Below are positions 1-9,566 of a DNA stretch of 64,000 bases, in pieces. The notes under the pieces were generated by a model that made no database searches, had not been told where the DNA came from, and saw only the letters and a program-made list of their open reading frames with translations. The position numbers were made by a program, and so were the translations under genes. This stretch comes from Candidatus Latescibacterota bacterium (lineage in GTDB: Bacteria; Latescibacterota; UBA2968), in NCBI GenBank assembly GCA_965205975.1, contig OZ242195.1, positions 5,088,001-5,152,000 on the forward strand, given 5' to 3'. The stretch's first letter is position 1. The number at the start of each line of letters is the position of its first letter.

Positions 1-845
1 GCGCCGCGAACAGACCTGCACCCGCTCCCGATGAACTAACCCTGTCCAAAGTGCCTTATGACTGGAGTGATTACATAGTCAATACAGAAGGTCCGGGTGT
101 TTATGTGTATCAGGACCGGAGGCCTATTGCTCTGTCGGCATGGGATGTCGAAAATAATCGGCGCCTCGAAGTGGGTTGGCTGGAAAACAATCTGGCCAGC
201 GGCCTGGTCAATGGGGCCTGGGGCCCGCCATTTTACGAAGATGTACCCCATACATTTGTCGCCCGCGAGTGGCTGTTCATTTTTGATCGGGATTATACCG
301 AGCGAGATGATGATTCCAATTTGGCGGAGTTGTCTCAGGGCTTGATCAACGATGCGCCGGCACCGCCCATTATGTATATCCTTTTTGTTAATCGCCGCGC
401 GCTAGATCGGTTCCCGCAGGATGGCGATTCGTTTTTGATGATCGTCAATAAAATCAATACTCCCGACGATGTGTTTTCATTTAGCACGCAGGGGATTCTC
501 CGCGGTGATCAAGAGATGGCGGTGGAGGATTTGACAAAAATTCTGGCGGTGCCCAATCCGTATCTGGGGCGTTCGTCTTATGAATTTAGCTCTCTTGCAC
601 GCCAGATGCGTTTTACCAATCTTCCCGCGCAATGCACGATCCGAATTTTCAGTCTGTCGGGCGATCTGGTGCGAACGATTGAGCACAACAACGGTCTGTC
701 GTTTGATACCTGGGATCTGAAAACAGATCAGGGCGTGCTGGTTGCCAGCGGCATTTATATCGCGCATTTTGACGCGCCAAATATCGGTACGCATTTTATC
801 AAGTGCGCGGTGTTCATGGAAGCTGAGACGCTGAACTCATTTTAA
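1..845 (+). CDS. 3' part of a large secreted protein with a T9SS-like C-terminal sorting domain (5'-truncated by the window edge)
   Basis: The frame is open from base 3. The C-terminus VPNPY..MRFTNLP..CTIRIFSLSGDLVRTIEH..WDL..VASGIYI matches the CTD/FlgD-Ig-like pattern, and a PorV-like gene follows immediately. Confidence 0.8.
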   Translation, partial: AANRPAPAPDELTLSKVPYDWSDYIVNTEGPGVYVYQDRRPIALSAWDVENNRRLEVGWLENNLASGLVNGAWGPPFYEDVPHTFVAREWLFIFDRDYTERDDDSNLAELSQGLINDAPAPPIMYILFVNRRALDRFPQDGDSFLMIVNKINTPDDVFSFSTQGILRGDQEMAVEDLTKILAVPNPYLGRSSYEFSSLARQMRFTNLPAQCTIRIFSLSGDLVRTIEHNNGLSFDTWDLKTDQGVLVASGIYIAHFDAPNIGTHFIKCAVFMEAETLNSF

Positions 846-871
846 CGAACCGCTGAATGGAGGAATAACTT

Positions 872-1927
872 ATGTTCAGGCAGATGATTTTTCTGTTTGC
901 CGCGCTGGCATTGATCGCTCAGGATGCCCGTGCAGGCGATGAGAGCCGCATCGGCACAGCTGCGGCACAAGAGTTGCGCATTCCAATTGGTTCGCGCGGT
1001 ACAGCACTTGGGGGCGCCATACTGGCTCATGTAAAAGGCGCAGAGGCATTGCAGTGGAATCCCTCGGGATTGGTATTTGGAATGCATAAGCGCGAAGCCG
1101 TGTTTTCATATCTGGATTATATCGCGGATATGAATGTGAATTATTTTGCGATTACTACACGTCTAAGGGATGATATTTCGGTGGGGATCAGTGCCCGCGT
1201 GTTTGCGGTGGGCGATATTGTTGTGACGACCGAGGAATCGCCCGAAGGCACGGGTGAGATACTTTCGCCGAGGTTTTCGTGTGTGACATTTACGTATTCG
1301 CAATTGTTGACAGATCGCGTGTCGTTTGGCACCACGATTAAATATATCCACGAGGCGATTAAGCGAGAGGTGGCCAATGGTCTGGCATTTGACTTTGGGT
1401 TTCAGTACAAAACCGCGCTAAAAGGTTTGACGCTGGGTATTGCCATGCGAAACTATGGTCCAGACATGCGGTTTGATGGTCCGGATCTGGATCGGGTGGT
1501 GAAATTGCAAGACGCGGTTCCAGAGGCTGATCCCCAAGCCGGGTCGCGCACTTTCCGCACGTCGCTGGCCGCCGCCGAGTTGCCCACGTCCATAGAAATT
1601 GGTTTTTCCTATAATTTCTATGAAGACGCGCTGGGCAAAGCTATTTTTTCTGCGACCTTCCGCAATAATAATCTGGCAACTGATGAGTATCAGGCTGGCG
1701 TTGAGTATTCGATGAAGCAAATTCTTCAGTTGCGCGGAGGGTATGTGACATCTCCAACGGGCGATGCCCTGCCCAACGGGTTTAATAAGGAGTATATTCT
1801 GGGCCCGACGTTTGGATTTGGTCTCAATGTGCCCATGGGAAATATGGCTTTTCAAGTGGATTATGCCTATGGCAGAACCGAGTACTTTCAGGATAATCAC
1901 TGGGTGACTGTGGGGCTTGGGTTCTGA
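872..1927 (+). CDS. PorV/PorQ family outer-membrane beta-barrel protein
   Basis: Signal peptide, the L.IPIGSRGTALGGA..WNPSGL motif, alternating beta-strands, C-terminal Phe and a GGAGG RBS. Confidence 0.85.
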   Translation: MFRQMIFLFAALALIAQDARAGDESRIGTAAAQELRIPIGSRGTALGGAILAHVKGAEALQWNPSGLVFGMHKREAVFSYLDYIADMNVNYFAITTRLRDDISVGISARVFAVGDIVVTTEESPEGTGEILSPRFSCVTFTYSQLLTDRVSFGTTIKYIHEAIKREVANGLAFDFGFQYKTALKGLTLGIAMRNYGPDMRFDGPDLDRVVKLQDAVPEADPQAGSRTFRTSLAAAELPTSIEIGFSYNFYEDALGKAIFSATFRNNNLATDEYQAGVEYSMKQILQLRGGYVTSPTGDALPNGFNKEYILGPTFGFGLNVPMGNMAFQVDYAYGRTEYFQDNHWVTVGLGF

Positions 1928-1949
1928 GAAGTGCGTCCTGCGAGGCAAG

Positions 1950-1996
1950 AAATAAAAAAGCTCAGAAATCATTGCGATCTCTGAGCTTTTTTATTT
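1950..1996. terminator. Bidirectional rho-independent terminator
   Basis: AAATAAAAAAGCTCAGA...TCTGAGCTTTTTTATTT, a 17-bp inverted repeat with A/T tails between convergent genes. Confidence 0.85.
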
Positions 1997-2018
1997 GAGG
2001 GGTGATAGGTGTCTTCCC

Positions 2019-3068
2019 CTATTGAAGCATTTTGCAATCTTCATCTTTTACGTTACAACTTGAGTTGTTGTAATATTCTTTGAGCTTGCGCTGGAGGGTG
2101 CGAAGGCTAATGCCCAGCCTTTTGGCCGCATGTGTGCGGTTGCCATTAACGCAGTTCAGGGTGTAGTCTATGATGAGTTTTTCAACGGTGTGTAGGGATA
2201 GTCCTTCGAGCATGCTCAAATCGATGTTCACGGCATTTGAATCCTCGCGCTGAGGCGTATAAATATCGGAGGGCAGATCAGTCGGTAATATGGTGTCTCT
2301 TTTGACCATAACGGCGAGACGTTCGAGAATATTTTTGAGTTCGCGCACGTTGCCTGGCCATGAATAGGTCATGAGATACAGGATCGTCTCGGGAGCGAGT
2401 TCTTTAGGTGCGAGGTCGTTGTCCTGAGCAAAGTTTTTGAGAAAATTGGTTGCCATTGCGGGGATGTCTTCGGGATGTAGCCGCAAAGGGGGCATATCAA
2501 TGTGAAGGACATTGAGGCGATAGTAGAGATCTTCGCGGAATGAGCCATTGGCAACGGCTTTTTTGAGGTCGATATTTGTGGCGGCAATAATCCGCACATC
2601 GATGTCGATGGGGTCTGTACTGCCCACGCGCATTATCTGCTGGCTTTCCAGAACGCGCAACCACTTGGCCTGTACGTCAAGGCCCAGGTCGCCGATTTCA
2701 TCGAGAAATAAGGTGCCGCGATGTGCTGCCTCAAATACGCCCTGTCGGGTCGTGGTCGCACTGGTAAAAGCCCCTTTGATATGGCCGAAGAGATGGCTTT
2801 CGGTCAGTTCGCGGGGAATTGCAGCACAATTTACAGTAATAAAAGGATGAGCGGCTCTGGAGCCGATGTCGTGGAGTGTTTTTGCAGCCAGTTCTTTGCC
2901 TGTACCACTTTCTCCTGTGATGAGCACAGTCGTCTTAAAAGGAGCCAGGTATTGAATCTGGTCTCTGATTTTCGCTATGCATGTCGATGCACCTTGAAGC
3001 AGGTGTTCTGTTTTGTCCTTTTCGTTCTGCTCATCTCTGGGTTCGGTAATCAGTATCTGTTTTTGCAT
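2019..3068 (-). CDS. Sigma54-dependent enhancer-binding protein (AAA+ plus Fis HTH) lacking an N-terminal sensory/REC domain
   Basis: GESGTGKE Walker A, GAFTSA loop, LFLDEIG, WPGNVREL and a C-terminal GNRTHAAKRLGISLRTLQRK HTH. Only about 20 residues precede the AAA domain. Confidence 0.92.
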   Translation of the reverse strand: MQKQILITEPRDEQNEKDKTEHLLQGASTCIAKIRDQIQYLAPFKTTVLITGESGTGKELAAKTLHDIGSRAAHPFITVNCAAIPRELTESHLFGHIKGAFTSATTTRQGVFEAAHRGTLFLDEIGDLGLDVQAKWLRVLESQQIMRVGSTDPIDIDVRIIAATNIDLKKAVANGSFREDLYYRLNVLHIDMPPLRLHPEDIPAMATNFLKNFAQDNDLAPKELAPETILYLMTYSWPGNVRELKNILERLAVMVKRDTILPTDLPSDIYTPQREDSNAVNIDLSMLEGLSLHTVEKLIIDYTLNCVNGNRTHAAKRLGISLRTLQRKLKEYYNNSSCNVKDEDCKMLQ

Positions 3069-3248
3069 AGTCCTCCCATCTGTTAGAGATAGGATTTTGA
3101 CGGATTTTTTAGCTATTACTCTCTTTCTATTAGACTATCAGATGTACGCTTAGTTCCGCATTGGATTGTTAAAATTTGTAATCCGAAAATTTGTACCTGA
3201 GCATTGAGGCGCGATCTTTTTTTGATCGTGTCTTTTTTATTTTGCAGT

Positions 3249-3283
3249 GCGACACTATGACGCACCCGGCGACATTTTGACGC
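3249..3283. promoter_or_regulatory. Tandem palindromic upstream activator sites (GCGACA-N3-TGACGC x2)
   Basis: GCGACACTATGACGC (3249-3263) and GCGACATTTTGACGC (3269-3283); the same motif recurs at 22838-22884 and 24427-24459. Confidence 0.7.
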
Positions 3284-3430
3284 TGTTAGCGCGGTTGATT
3301 TTTACTGTTTTGTAAAAATAAAAATAATTTTTACGCTCAAGACAGTGTATAGAGTTGACTTAAAAACCCGTGAGTAATTGCTCAGATATTTTGATAGACT
3401 TTTGCTAATTTCATGGATGATTTGTCTATA

Positions 3431-3443
3431 AATCAATGAGTTA
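3431..3443 (+). promoter_or_regulatory. IHF-binding site
   Basis: AATCAATGAGTTA matches WATCAANNNNTTR and lies between the activator sites and the -24/-12 promoter. Confidence 0.6.
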
Positions 3444-3562
3444 GGCATATATAAAAAAGATCTATGTGTATCGAAAAACGCCAGGGCAAAAAGATATTTC
3501 ACATTTGCGCCCTGGGCGATTGAAAAAAATTAAGTGAATCCCAGTGCTCTTAAAGCAAGAAC

Positions 3563-3578
3563 TGGCACTCATTTTGCT
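3563..3578 (+). promoter_or_regulatory. Sigma54 -24/-12 promoter
   Basis: TGGCACTCATTTTGCT versus consensus TGGCACG-N4-TTGCW, with exact spacing. Confidence 0.8.
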
Positions 3579-3820
3579 TAAGGTATGACTGATGTTTGAT
3601 GACATCTTTGCTACCAGGCGAGCACTGCTATGGAGAAGTGCTGACCTTTAGCAAAATCGTGTGAGGGGGGAGACGCACCCCCCTCACATATTAAGCATTG
3701 AGAACATGAGTAGAGATTGAAAAGTCTATACTGAAAGGAGGGTACGGGGAAATAGAAAATGCGCTGGGGTAATTGTAGAAGAAGTCGATCGTAAACACAT
3801 TTCACAAAGGAGCAGTATCC

Positions 3821-6481
3821 ATGTCCAAAAAGCTCTGGTTTTACGCCTCCGGATTTTTCGCCGGAGTTGGCATGTGCCTGGCGGGTCTGGTCACACAGGC
3901 TCAGGCTCAATGGCCCGGCAATGCCAGAATCTCGATGTCCCGGGGTCAAATCGGTCACACGCTCCACAATCCGGGCATGACGGGAAAGAAAGATAACACG
4001 ACAAAGCTGGCACAGTCTTCGTTTTCGTATCCTCAGGGCCGCAATATCAAGGTGTATTCGGGCGGTTCTGAGCGCGAAGGCTGGAATGCCAAGTCAAATA
4101 CAGGTGGTGAAGGCTTCTGGGTGCTTTCCAATACGGGTGGCAGCCCCCACGGTACGTATGCAGGTCCGCGTATTACGTCTTCAGACCTTGTTGGTCGTGC
4201 CCACGATATGACGCAGATGCCCGAAGCCTATGTAGGCGTTGTAGAAGATGAGAATTGGGCAATGGCGATTCGCAGAGATAGTGGTGCGGACGCGCCCAAT
4301 ATCGCGGGATCGACGGTTGCAGACCGCCTGACCAACTGGTGGCCGAGTGCTCACGGTATTTCCAGCCCAACCCCTGGGACAAATAGGGCTGTTGTTGTCT
4401 GGAACTTCCGTTTTGGTCGCTACAACAGCAATGAGCCTTTTGCCAATCGCATTGGTTCTGGAGAATTCCCGCAGTACAGTGCGCCTTCGTGGGTGGAATC
4501 GCTGTCTGAGGATGATTTTCCCGAGATGATCGGTATTCAAGAAGGCGGTTCTTCTGCCACGGGTCTGGAGTGGACGCGCAAGTGGTTTTCCACGGCACAT
4601 CCCGATCACGATGAGTATTTTGTCGTTGACAACGAAGTGGTGAACAATTCGGGTTCGACGGCTGAAGGTGTGTATATCACCTTTGCCAACCGATTCCACG
4701 CGGGTCAGGCATCGGGCTGGCGGGGTTCGACCTCGTGGAATCACGCTTTCGATTGGACGCGCGATGATTATTATCGCAATACATTGGCAGCCAATTACCT
4801 CAACGGCGTCAGCCGTGGGGATTACACCTCTGCGCTTGGCAGATCTGCTGGTTTGCAGCGCGGTGTTGATCTTGCCAATGACGGCCATTTTATGACGTAT
4901 TACCACGATGGGGACTCCGATCATATTACCAATTTGATCAATGATATAGGCGATCAGTATCGCTATGCGATTGCCAAAGAGCGCTATACTCGCGAACAGA
5001 CCTGGGTGCGCGAGGGCATGATGCAGCACGCTCAGTATTTTGGTCTGGGCACTGTGGATGCCTTCCCGCCGTTTATGCGCTATGGCGGTGTGGATGATGA
5101 GATGTATGTGGCACCGCACGACAATCCGGCTACAGGGCACGATGAGAGCATGCAACAGCCCGCTTCGGTGCTCTTCCACGGCTATCGCGGTACGAATGAT
5201 TTTGACTATCCCTCGCCAGACCGTGCGGGCGATGCTCAGATTTACGACGCGGTTGCCAATGGCGGCTATACTGCTGAAAATGACACGCCTGGGCATTACT
5301 CAACGCTGGTATCTTATGGTCCCTACACGCTGGCACCAGGTGAGAAGGCCAAAGTGGTGGTCGCCTATGTGGCGGGATTAGCAGCAGATCACGCCAAGTA
5401 TGACGATTACAAGAAGTATGCCATGCCCTTCAACCTGGGGTGGATGAACCACTACGGTGGCAGGGGATCTGAGGCTACAGAGTTGGCAGATCGCCAGCCG
5501 GATATACCATTAGGCGAAGATGTGCTGTTCGATCACTTTGAGAATGCGATTCAGTGGTATAACTGGGGTTATGATCTTCCCAACCAGCCGCCGAATACCA
5601 AGGTGGCGTGGGATTCCAACCTTCAGGGTAAGACGCAGATTCGGTGGAGTGTCTTTGGCGAAGAGGCAATGGATCCAGATTATTCTGGCGCCCAGGCACA
5701 GGATTTGCGCGGGTATCGCATCTATCGCTCGTCTGTAGAGTATCAGGGCGAGTGGGAGTATGTGACGGAGTTTTCATTCGAGGATGCGCGTGCGGGCAAT
5801 TTGCCCACGGGTGTTTCGTATGATCCTTCTCGTACGTGGACAACGGTGAAGAGCGGTTCCTGGCCAACGGGTATTCCGCTGCTGACGAATCAGTACGTTG
5901 ATGCTGGTGTGCACGGTGGTCTCAATCCCGCTGCTGGTCCTGAGATTCCCGGCACATATCTGTTTGACGATCAAAACACAAACGCAGGCTTCCCCAACTG
6001 GTATAGTGTGCGTATGTATGACTCTGGCCACGGTGATTGGAATGGCGTGAGTAGCGTTGATGTCCTTGAAGCCTCGCAGAGCACCTCTCTGGGTTCTGTG
6101 TATGGTTCTCGCACGGGTATTGTTCCCGTGGTTCCTGGTGCAGCCGTGTTTGATCGCCTCGAAGAGCAGGTTCGCGTGGTTCCCAATCCGTTCAAGGTGG
6201 ATAGCGATTTACATACGTACAACCGCCAGCAGAATATGCGGTTTACGAATCTGCCGGGTCGCTGTCAGATCGACCTTTACGATGTGACGGGTCAGCGAAT
6301 CTGGACCTTCTACAATCAGGATCCTCTGAAGGGCGAAGTGACTTATATCCAGCTTGCCGAGAATCGTCCGTCTAACTTTGGTGAGGCGATGTTCCCTGGC
6401 ATATACTTCTGGAAAGTCACGTCTTTGATGCCGGGATCAGAAGGCGTAACACAGACCGGCACTTTCGTGATCATCAAGTAA
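3821..6481 (+). CDS. Large secreted protein (886 aa) with a T9SS-like C-terminal domain
   Basis: Signal peptide (AQAQ), YGPYTLAPGE..VVVAY segment, FN3-like GYRIYRS, C-terminal VRVVPNPF..MRFTNLPGRCQIDLYDVTG..PGIYFW, AAGGAG RBS. Confidence 0.85.
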   Translation: MSKKLWFYASGFFAGVGMCLAGLVTQAQAQWPGNARISMSRGQIGHTLHNPGMTGKKDNTTKLAQSSFSYPQGRNIKVYSGGSEREGWNAKSNTGGEGFWVLSNTGGSPHGTYAGPRITSSDLVGRAHDMTQMPEAYVGVVEDENWAMAIRRDSGADAPNIAGSTVADRLTNWWPSAHGISSPTPGTNRAVVVWNFRFGRYNSNEPFANRIGSGEFPQYSAPSWVESLSEDDFPEMIGIQEGGSSATGLEWTRKWFSTAHPDHDEYFVVDNEVVNNSGSTAEGVYITFANRFHAGQASGWRGSTSWNHAFDWTRDDYYRNTLAANYLNGVSRGDYTSALGRSAGLQRGVDLANDGHFMTYYHDGDSDHITNLINDIGDQYRYAIAKERYTREQTWVREGMMQHAQYFGLGTVDAFPPFMRYGGVDDEMYVAPHDNPATGHDESMQQPASVLFHGYRGTNDFDYPSPDRAGDAQIYDAVANGGYTAENDTPGHYSTLVSYGPYTLAPGEKAKVVVAYVAGLAADHAKYDDYKKYAMPFNLGWMNHYGGRGSEATELADRQPDIPLGEDVLFDHFENAIQWYNWGYDLPNQPPNTKVAWDSNLQGKTQIRWSVFGEEAMDPDYSGAQAQDLRGYRIYRSSVEYQGEWEYVTEFSFEDARAGNLPTGVSYDPSRTWTTVKSGSWPTGIPLLTNQYVDAGVHGGLNPAAGPEIPGTYLFDDQNTNAGFPNWYSVRMYDSGHGDWNGVSSVDVLEASQSTSLGSVYGSRTGIVPVVPGAAVFDRLEEQVRVVPNPFKVDSDLHTYNRQQNMRFTNLPGRCQIDLYDVTGQRIWTFYNQDPLKGEVTYIQLAENRPSNFGEAMFPGIYFWKVTSLMPGSEGVTQTGTFVIIK

Positions 6482-6517
6482 GGCGCGAAGCGTCAGACAT
6501 AAAAAAGGAGAAAGACA

Positions 6518-7534
6518 ATGTTTAAGAAAGCACTGCTCTTCGGTCTGGCTGTTGCGCTTGCCCTGCCGATGTATGCACAGGCTCAGGAAGAGCGGCCGAC
6601 TCAGGATTCATTAGGACCTTTTCCCGTGGATAGGACGCGCGTGCCTCCTGAAACGGATCTGATTAAGTATGCTCGCGTTACGACGACTTCTTATGGATTC
6701 TTGAAGCTGACGGGCAATGCGCGCTCAGCAGGTATGGGCGATGCGTATTCGTCTGTTGGCAATGATCTGTCGGCTGTGTTTTACAACCCTGCTGGCGCAA
6801 CGCAGATTGAGCGCTACGCGCTGACAGCTTCTTACCTGAAGTGGATTGTGGGGTCTTCAATGGGGACGTTTGCCATTGGTGCCAAGACGAATGTGGCGAC
6901 CTTTGCAGTCAACTTTGCGTATTTTACCACAGATGAATTTGAAGAGACCACCTCATCTCAACCCGGCGGCACGGGTCGCATGGCCACAGCAGGCGACATG
7001 GCTGTTGGTCTGACCATTGCCAAGCAGGTGACAGATAAGTTGAGTGTGGGTGGTAATCTGCGCTGGGTTCAGGAAGACCTGGATTTGCAGTCGTATTCGT
7101 CTTATGACATAGATTTTGGTACGCTCTTTTACACGGGCTTCCATTCCACGCGTCTGGGTATGTCGATGCGCAACTTGGGCGGCGACCAGGACGTGATAGG
7201 TCAGAAGGCGCGTTTCCCGATGGTATTCAACCTGTCGGGTGCTGCTGAAGTCTATGGCAATCTGGGTGATCCGCTGTCAGTCACAGTGGCAGTTGAACAG
7301 ATGTTCTTCACAGACTCGATCAACCGTTATCACTTTGGCGCGGAAGCATGGGTACAGAACATGCTGGCGTTGCGTGGTGGTTACAAGATCGGTTATGACT
7401 CCGAGTCGTGGACAGTGGGTGCTGGCTTGCGTCAGAAGTTAGGCGATCAGAGTGTGGGTGTGGATGTATCGTATTCAAGGGCTGAGGCACTTGATGAATA
7501 TCCCATTCGCGTTTCTGTTGGCGTTGGCTTCTAA
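6518..7534 (+). CDS. PorV/PorQ family outer-membrane beta-barrel protein
   Basis: FLKLTGNARSAGMGDAY..FYNPAG motif, signal peptide, C-terminal Phe. Confidence 0.88.
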   Translation: MFKKALLFGLAVALALPMYAQAQEERPTQDSLGPFPVDRTRVPPETDLIKYARVTTTSYGFLKLTGNARSAGMGDAYSSVGNDLSAVFYNPAGATQIERYALTASYLKWIVGSSMGTFAIGAKTNVATFAVNFAYFTTDEFEETTSSQPGGTGRMATAGDMAVGLTIAKQVTDKLSVGGNLRWVQEDLDLQSYSSYDIDFGTLFYTGFHSTRLGMSMRNLGGDQDVIGQKARFPMVFNLSGAAEVYGNLGDPLSVTVAVEQMFFTDSINRYHFGAEAWVQNMLALRGGYKIGYDSESWTVGAGLRQKLGDQSVGVDVSYSRAEALDEYPIRVSVGVGF

Positions 7535-7558
7535 GAGAGCTTTTCCCACCAGATACAC

Positions 7559-7594
7559 AAAGGGCTGCGGTCGTAAGATCGCAGCCCTTTTTTT
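7559..7594 (+). terminator. Rho-independent terminator
   Basis: AAAGGGCTGCGGTC-GTAA-GATCGCAGCCCTTT followed by a T run. Confidence 0.88.
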
Positions 7595-7656
7595 GATCGC
7601 GGATTTTCGCGGATTTTTGGATTTCGCTGATGAAAGGCGAAAAAACACGCGTTCAG

Positions 7657-7693
7657 CGGTGTATTTAACCATCTGGAATGGTTTCTTTTACCA
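7657..7693. promoter_or_regulatory. Paired PspF-like upstream activator sites
   Basis: CGGTGTATTTAACCA and TGGTTTCTTTTACCA, 22 bp apart, about 80-110 bp upstream of the pspA sigma54 promoter. Confidence 0.5.
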
Positions 7694-7769
7694 ATATCAG
7701 GTGGTTTTTTTGTGCCTTAAAAATATTTATTTGTATAAAAAACAATAAGATAGAATCTGAAGGATATTT

Positions 7770-7785
7770 TGGCACGGATATTGCA
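7770..7785 (+). promoter_or_regulatory. Sigma54 -24/-12 promoter of pspA
   Basis: TGGCACGGATATTGCA, a perfect consensus match. Confidence 0.88.
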
Positions 7786-7831
7786 TAGAGATAGATGTGA
7801 TCAATAACCAAAAATCGAAAGGAGATATTCC

Positions 7832-8494
7832 ATGGGTACTTTTTCAAGAATAAGCAATGTGGTCCGCGCTGAGGTTGACGATGTTCTGAATAAGATAGAG
7901 GATCCAAAGAAGATGGTGCGGCAGATGGTTCTGGATATGGAGGATGCGCTGGATGATGCGGTGGTTGCCGTGGCACAGGCGATGGCAAGCGAGAAGTTGC
8001 TGGCGCGTCGGATTGCTCAGAAACGGGAAGAGTCGGCTTTGTGGGCGCGCAAGGCAGAGGATGCTATGGATGCTGGTGAGGAGGAATTGGCGCGCAAGGC
8101 ACTGGTTCAGAAGGTGGCGGTTGATGAAGCGGTCAATACGCTGCAGAAAGCGCGGGGGGAAGCGGAAGAGGTGACGGAGACGCTGAAGCGGAGACTCGCA
8201 GAACTGAAGGCGAAGTTGGCGTCTGCCCGCGCGCAACAAAGCACGCTGGCGATTCGCAAACAGGTGGTGGTGCAGGAGATGCGACAAGATGCGCGTGTAG
8301 AAGCTTATGATCGGTTTGTTCGAGATGTGGCGCGCGAGGAAGCGGCGGCTGAGATTTATGCGGAGATGGCAGACGATGCACAGTTGCAAGAAGAGTTTGA
8401 TCAACTGGAGCGAAAGCAGCGCGTCGAGGCTGAGATGCGGGTGTTGAAGGAGAAAGTCAAACAGAGCGCAAGCCAGAATGATGAAATGGTTTAA
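7832..8494 (+). CDS. pspA: PspA/IM30 family phage shock protein
   Basis: MGTFSRISNVVRA..IEDPKKMVRQMVLDME, W..KAEDA...GEEELARKAL, coiled coil, and a sigma54 promoter. Confidence 0.9.
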   Translation: MGTFSRISNVVRAEVDDVLNKIEDPKKMVRQMVLDMEDALDDAVVAVAQAMASEKLLARRIAQKREESALWARKAEDAMDAGEEELARKALVQKVAVDEAVNTLQKARGEAEEVTETLKRRLAELKAKLASARAQQSTLAIRKQVVVQEMRQDARVEAYDRFVRDVAREEAAAEIYAEMADDAQLQEEFDQLERKQRVEAEMRVLKEKVKQSASQNDEMV

Positions 8495-8558
8495 GCAGGG
8501 GGCCGTCCCCTACACAGACACGATCATTGCATGTAGGGGCGACCCCCTGTGGTCGCCC
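8495..8558. repeat. GTAG-family REP-like palindromic pair
   Basis: GCAGGGGGCCGTCCCCTACA and TGTAGGGGCGACCCCCTGTGGTCGCCC in inverted orientation between convergent genes. Confidence 0.65.
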
Positions 8559-8568
8559 GCTGATGGCT

Positions 8569-9561
8569 CTATGTATTGAGATCTACTTCCTTAAACATCG
8601 GTGGCAGGGAAGCACCGTCAATCGCTTTATATTCCACTGCAGTATGGGGATACGCAAAGCCGAGGCGGTCGCTATTTGCAAATGCCTCCATAATTTTTGC
8701 GACAATTTCGGTTGATATCTTTTGTCGCTCTACGGCAATTGACTGATACCGCAAGCGCATCATAACTCCCGAATCAAAAAACTCCGCGCGCACCTCGGGT
8801 TCTTTTCCCGTCTCCTCTACAATTGTTCCCGTCACTTCCCGCGCACAAGTAATCAGTGTCTTCTCCGCCAATTTGTAATCCGAATCGTAGGATATCCTTA
8901 CGGGTACCTCATCCAGAATATATTTCGTCTCTTGAGACACGGCGTAATTGATCACCATCTGATCGAATAACACCGCATTGGGAATCAAAATGCCGCGGTT
9001 AGAAGACTCTTCACCGCCAATTGTACCGCCGACCTCACCCAGCAAAACATGCGTTGGTGAAATTTCCAAAACATCGCCCCGCACCCCCTGAATAATAATG
9101 CGATCCCCAATTTTAAAAGGCCGCTTAATCATCACCATCAACCATGCGGCCACGCCCGTTACTGGCCGCTGAAGGGACCAGCCCAAAACCATACCCACAA
9201 AAGCAACCGTCAGCCCCATTGCTGCCAGAGATCCCGACATACTCACAATGACAAAAAGAATACCAACCAGCATAAACGAATACCGCCACATCGTCAAAAA
9301 CTGCCGAATTTGTGCATCCGTGCGATGATGTTCCTCCATTGCGAGAATGATCAATCTCTTCGATATCTTATAGGCAAATAGCAACACAATCAATATCACA
9401 ACCGCATATAAAATGCCGACTATGGACTCTCCCAGCGTCTCCGACATAGACAGCTTGATATTTCGCACATAATCAAATGGCCTGGCCCGCGTCGCAACTG
9501 TCTGCAATGTATCCTGCGCGGCTTGTAATGTGTCCTGCACGACCTTCAATGTATCCGACAT
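8569..9561 (-). CDS. MscS family mechanosensitive channel
   Basis: TM helices, RPFKIGDRIIIQGVRGDV, IPNAVL, FAYPH. Confidence 0.9.
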   Translation of the reverse strand: MSDTLKVVQDTLQAAQDTLQTVATRARPFDYVRNIKLSMSETLGESIVGILYAVVILIVLLFAYKISKRLIILAMEEHHRTDAQIRQFLTMWRYSFMLVGILFVIVSMSGSLAAMGLTVAFVGMVLGWSLQRPVTGVAAWLMVMIKRPFKIGDRIIIQGVRGDVLEISPTHVLLGEVGGTIGGEESSNRGILIPNAVLFDQMVINYAVSQETKYILDEVPVRISYDSDYKLAEKTLITCAREVTGTIVEETGKEPEVRAEFFDSGVMMRLRYQSIAVERQKISTEIVAKIMEAFANSDRLGFAYPHTAVEYKAIDGASLPPMFKEVDLNT

Positions 9562-9566
9562 AATCT

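Noticed and set aside
4181..5296. 371-aa minus-strand ORF
   Set aside because: Antisense shadow of the 886-aa gene, with no motifs or RBS.
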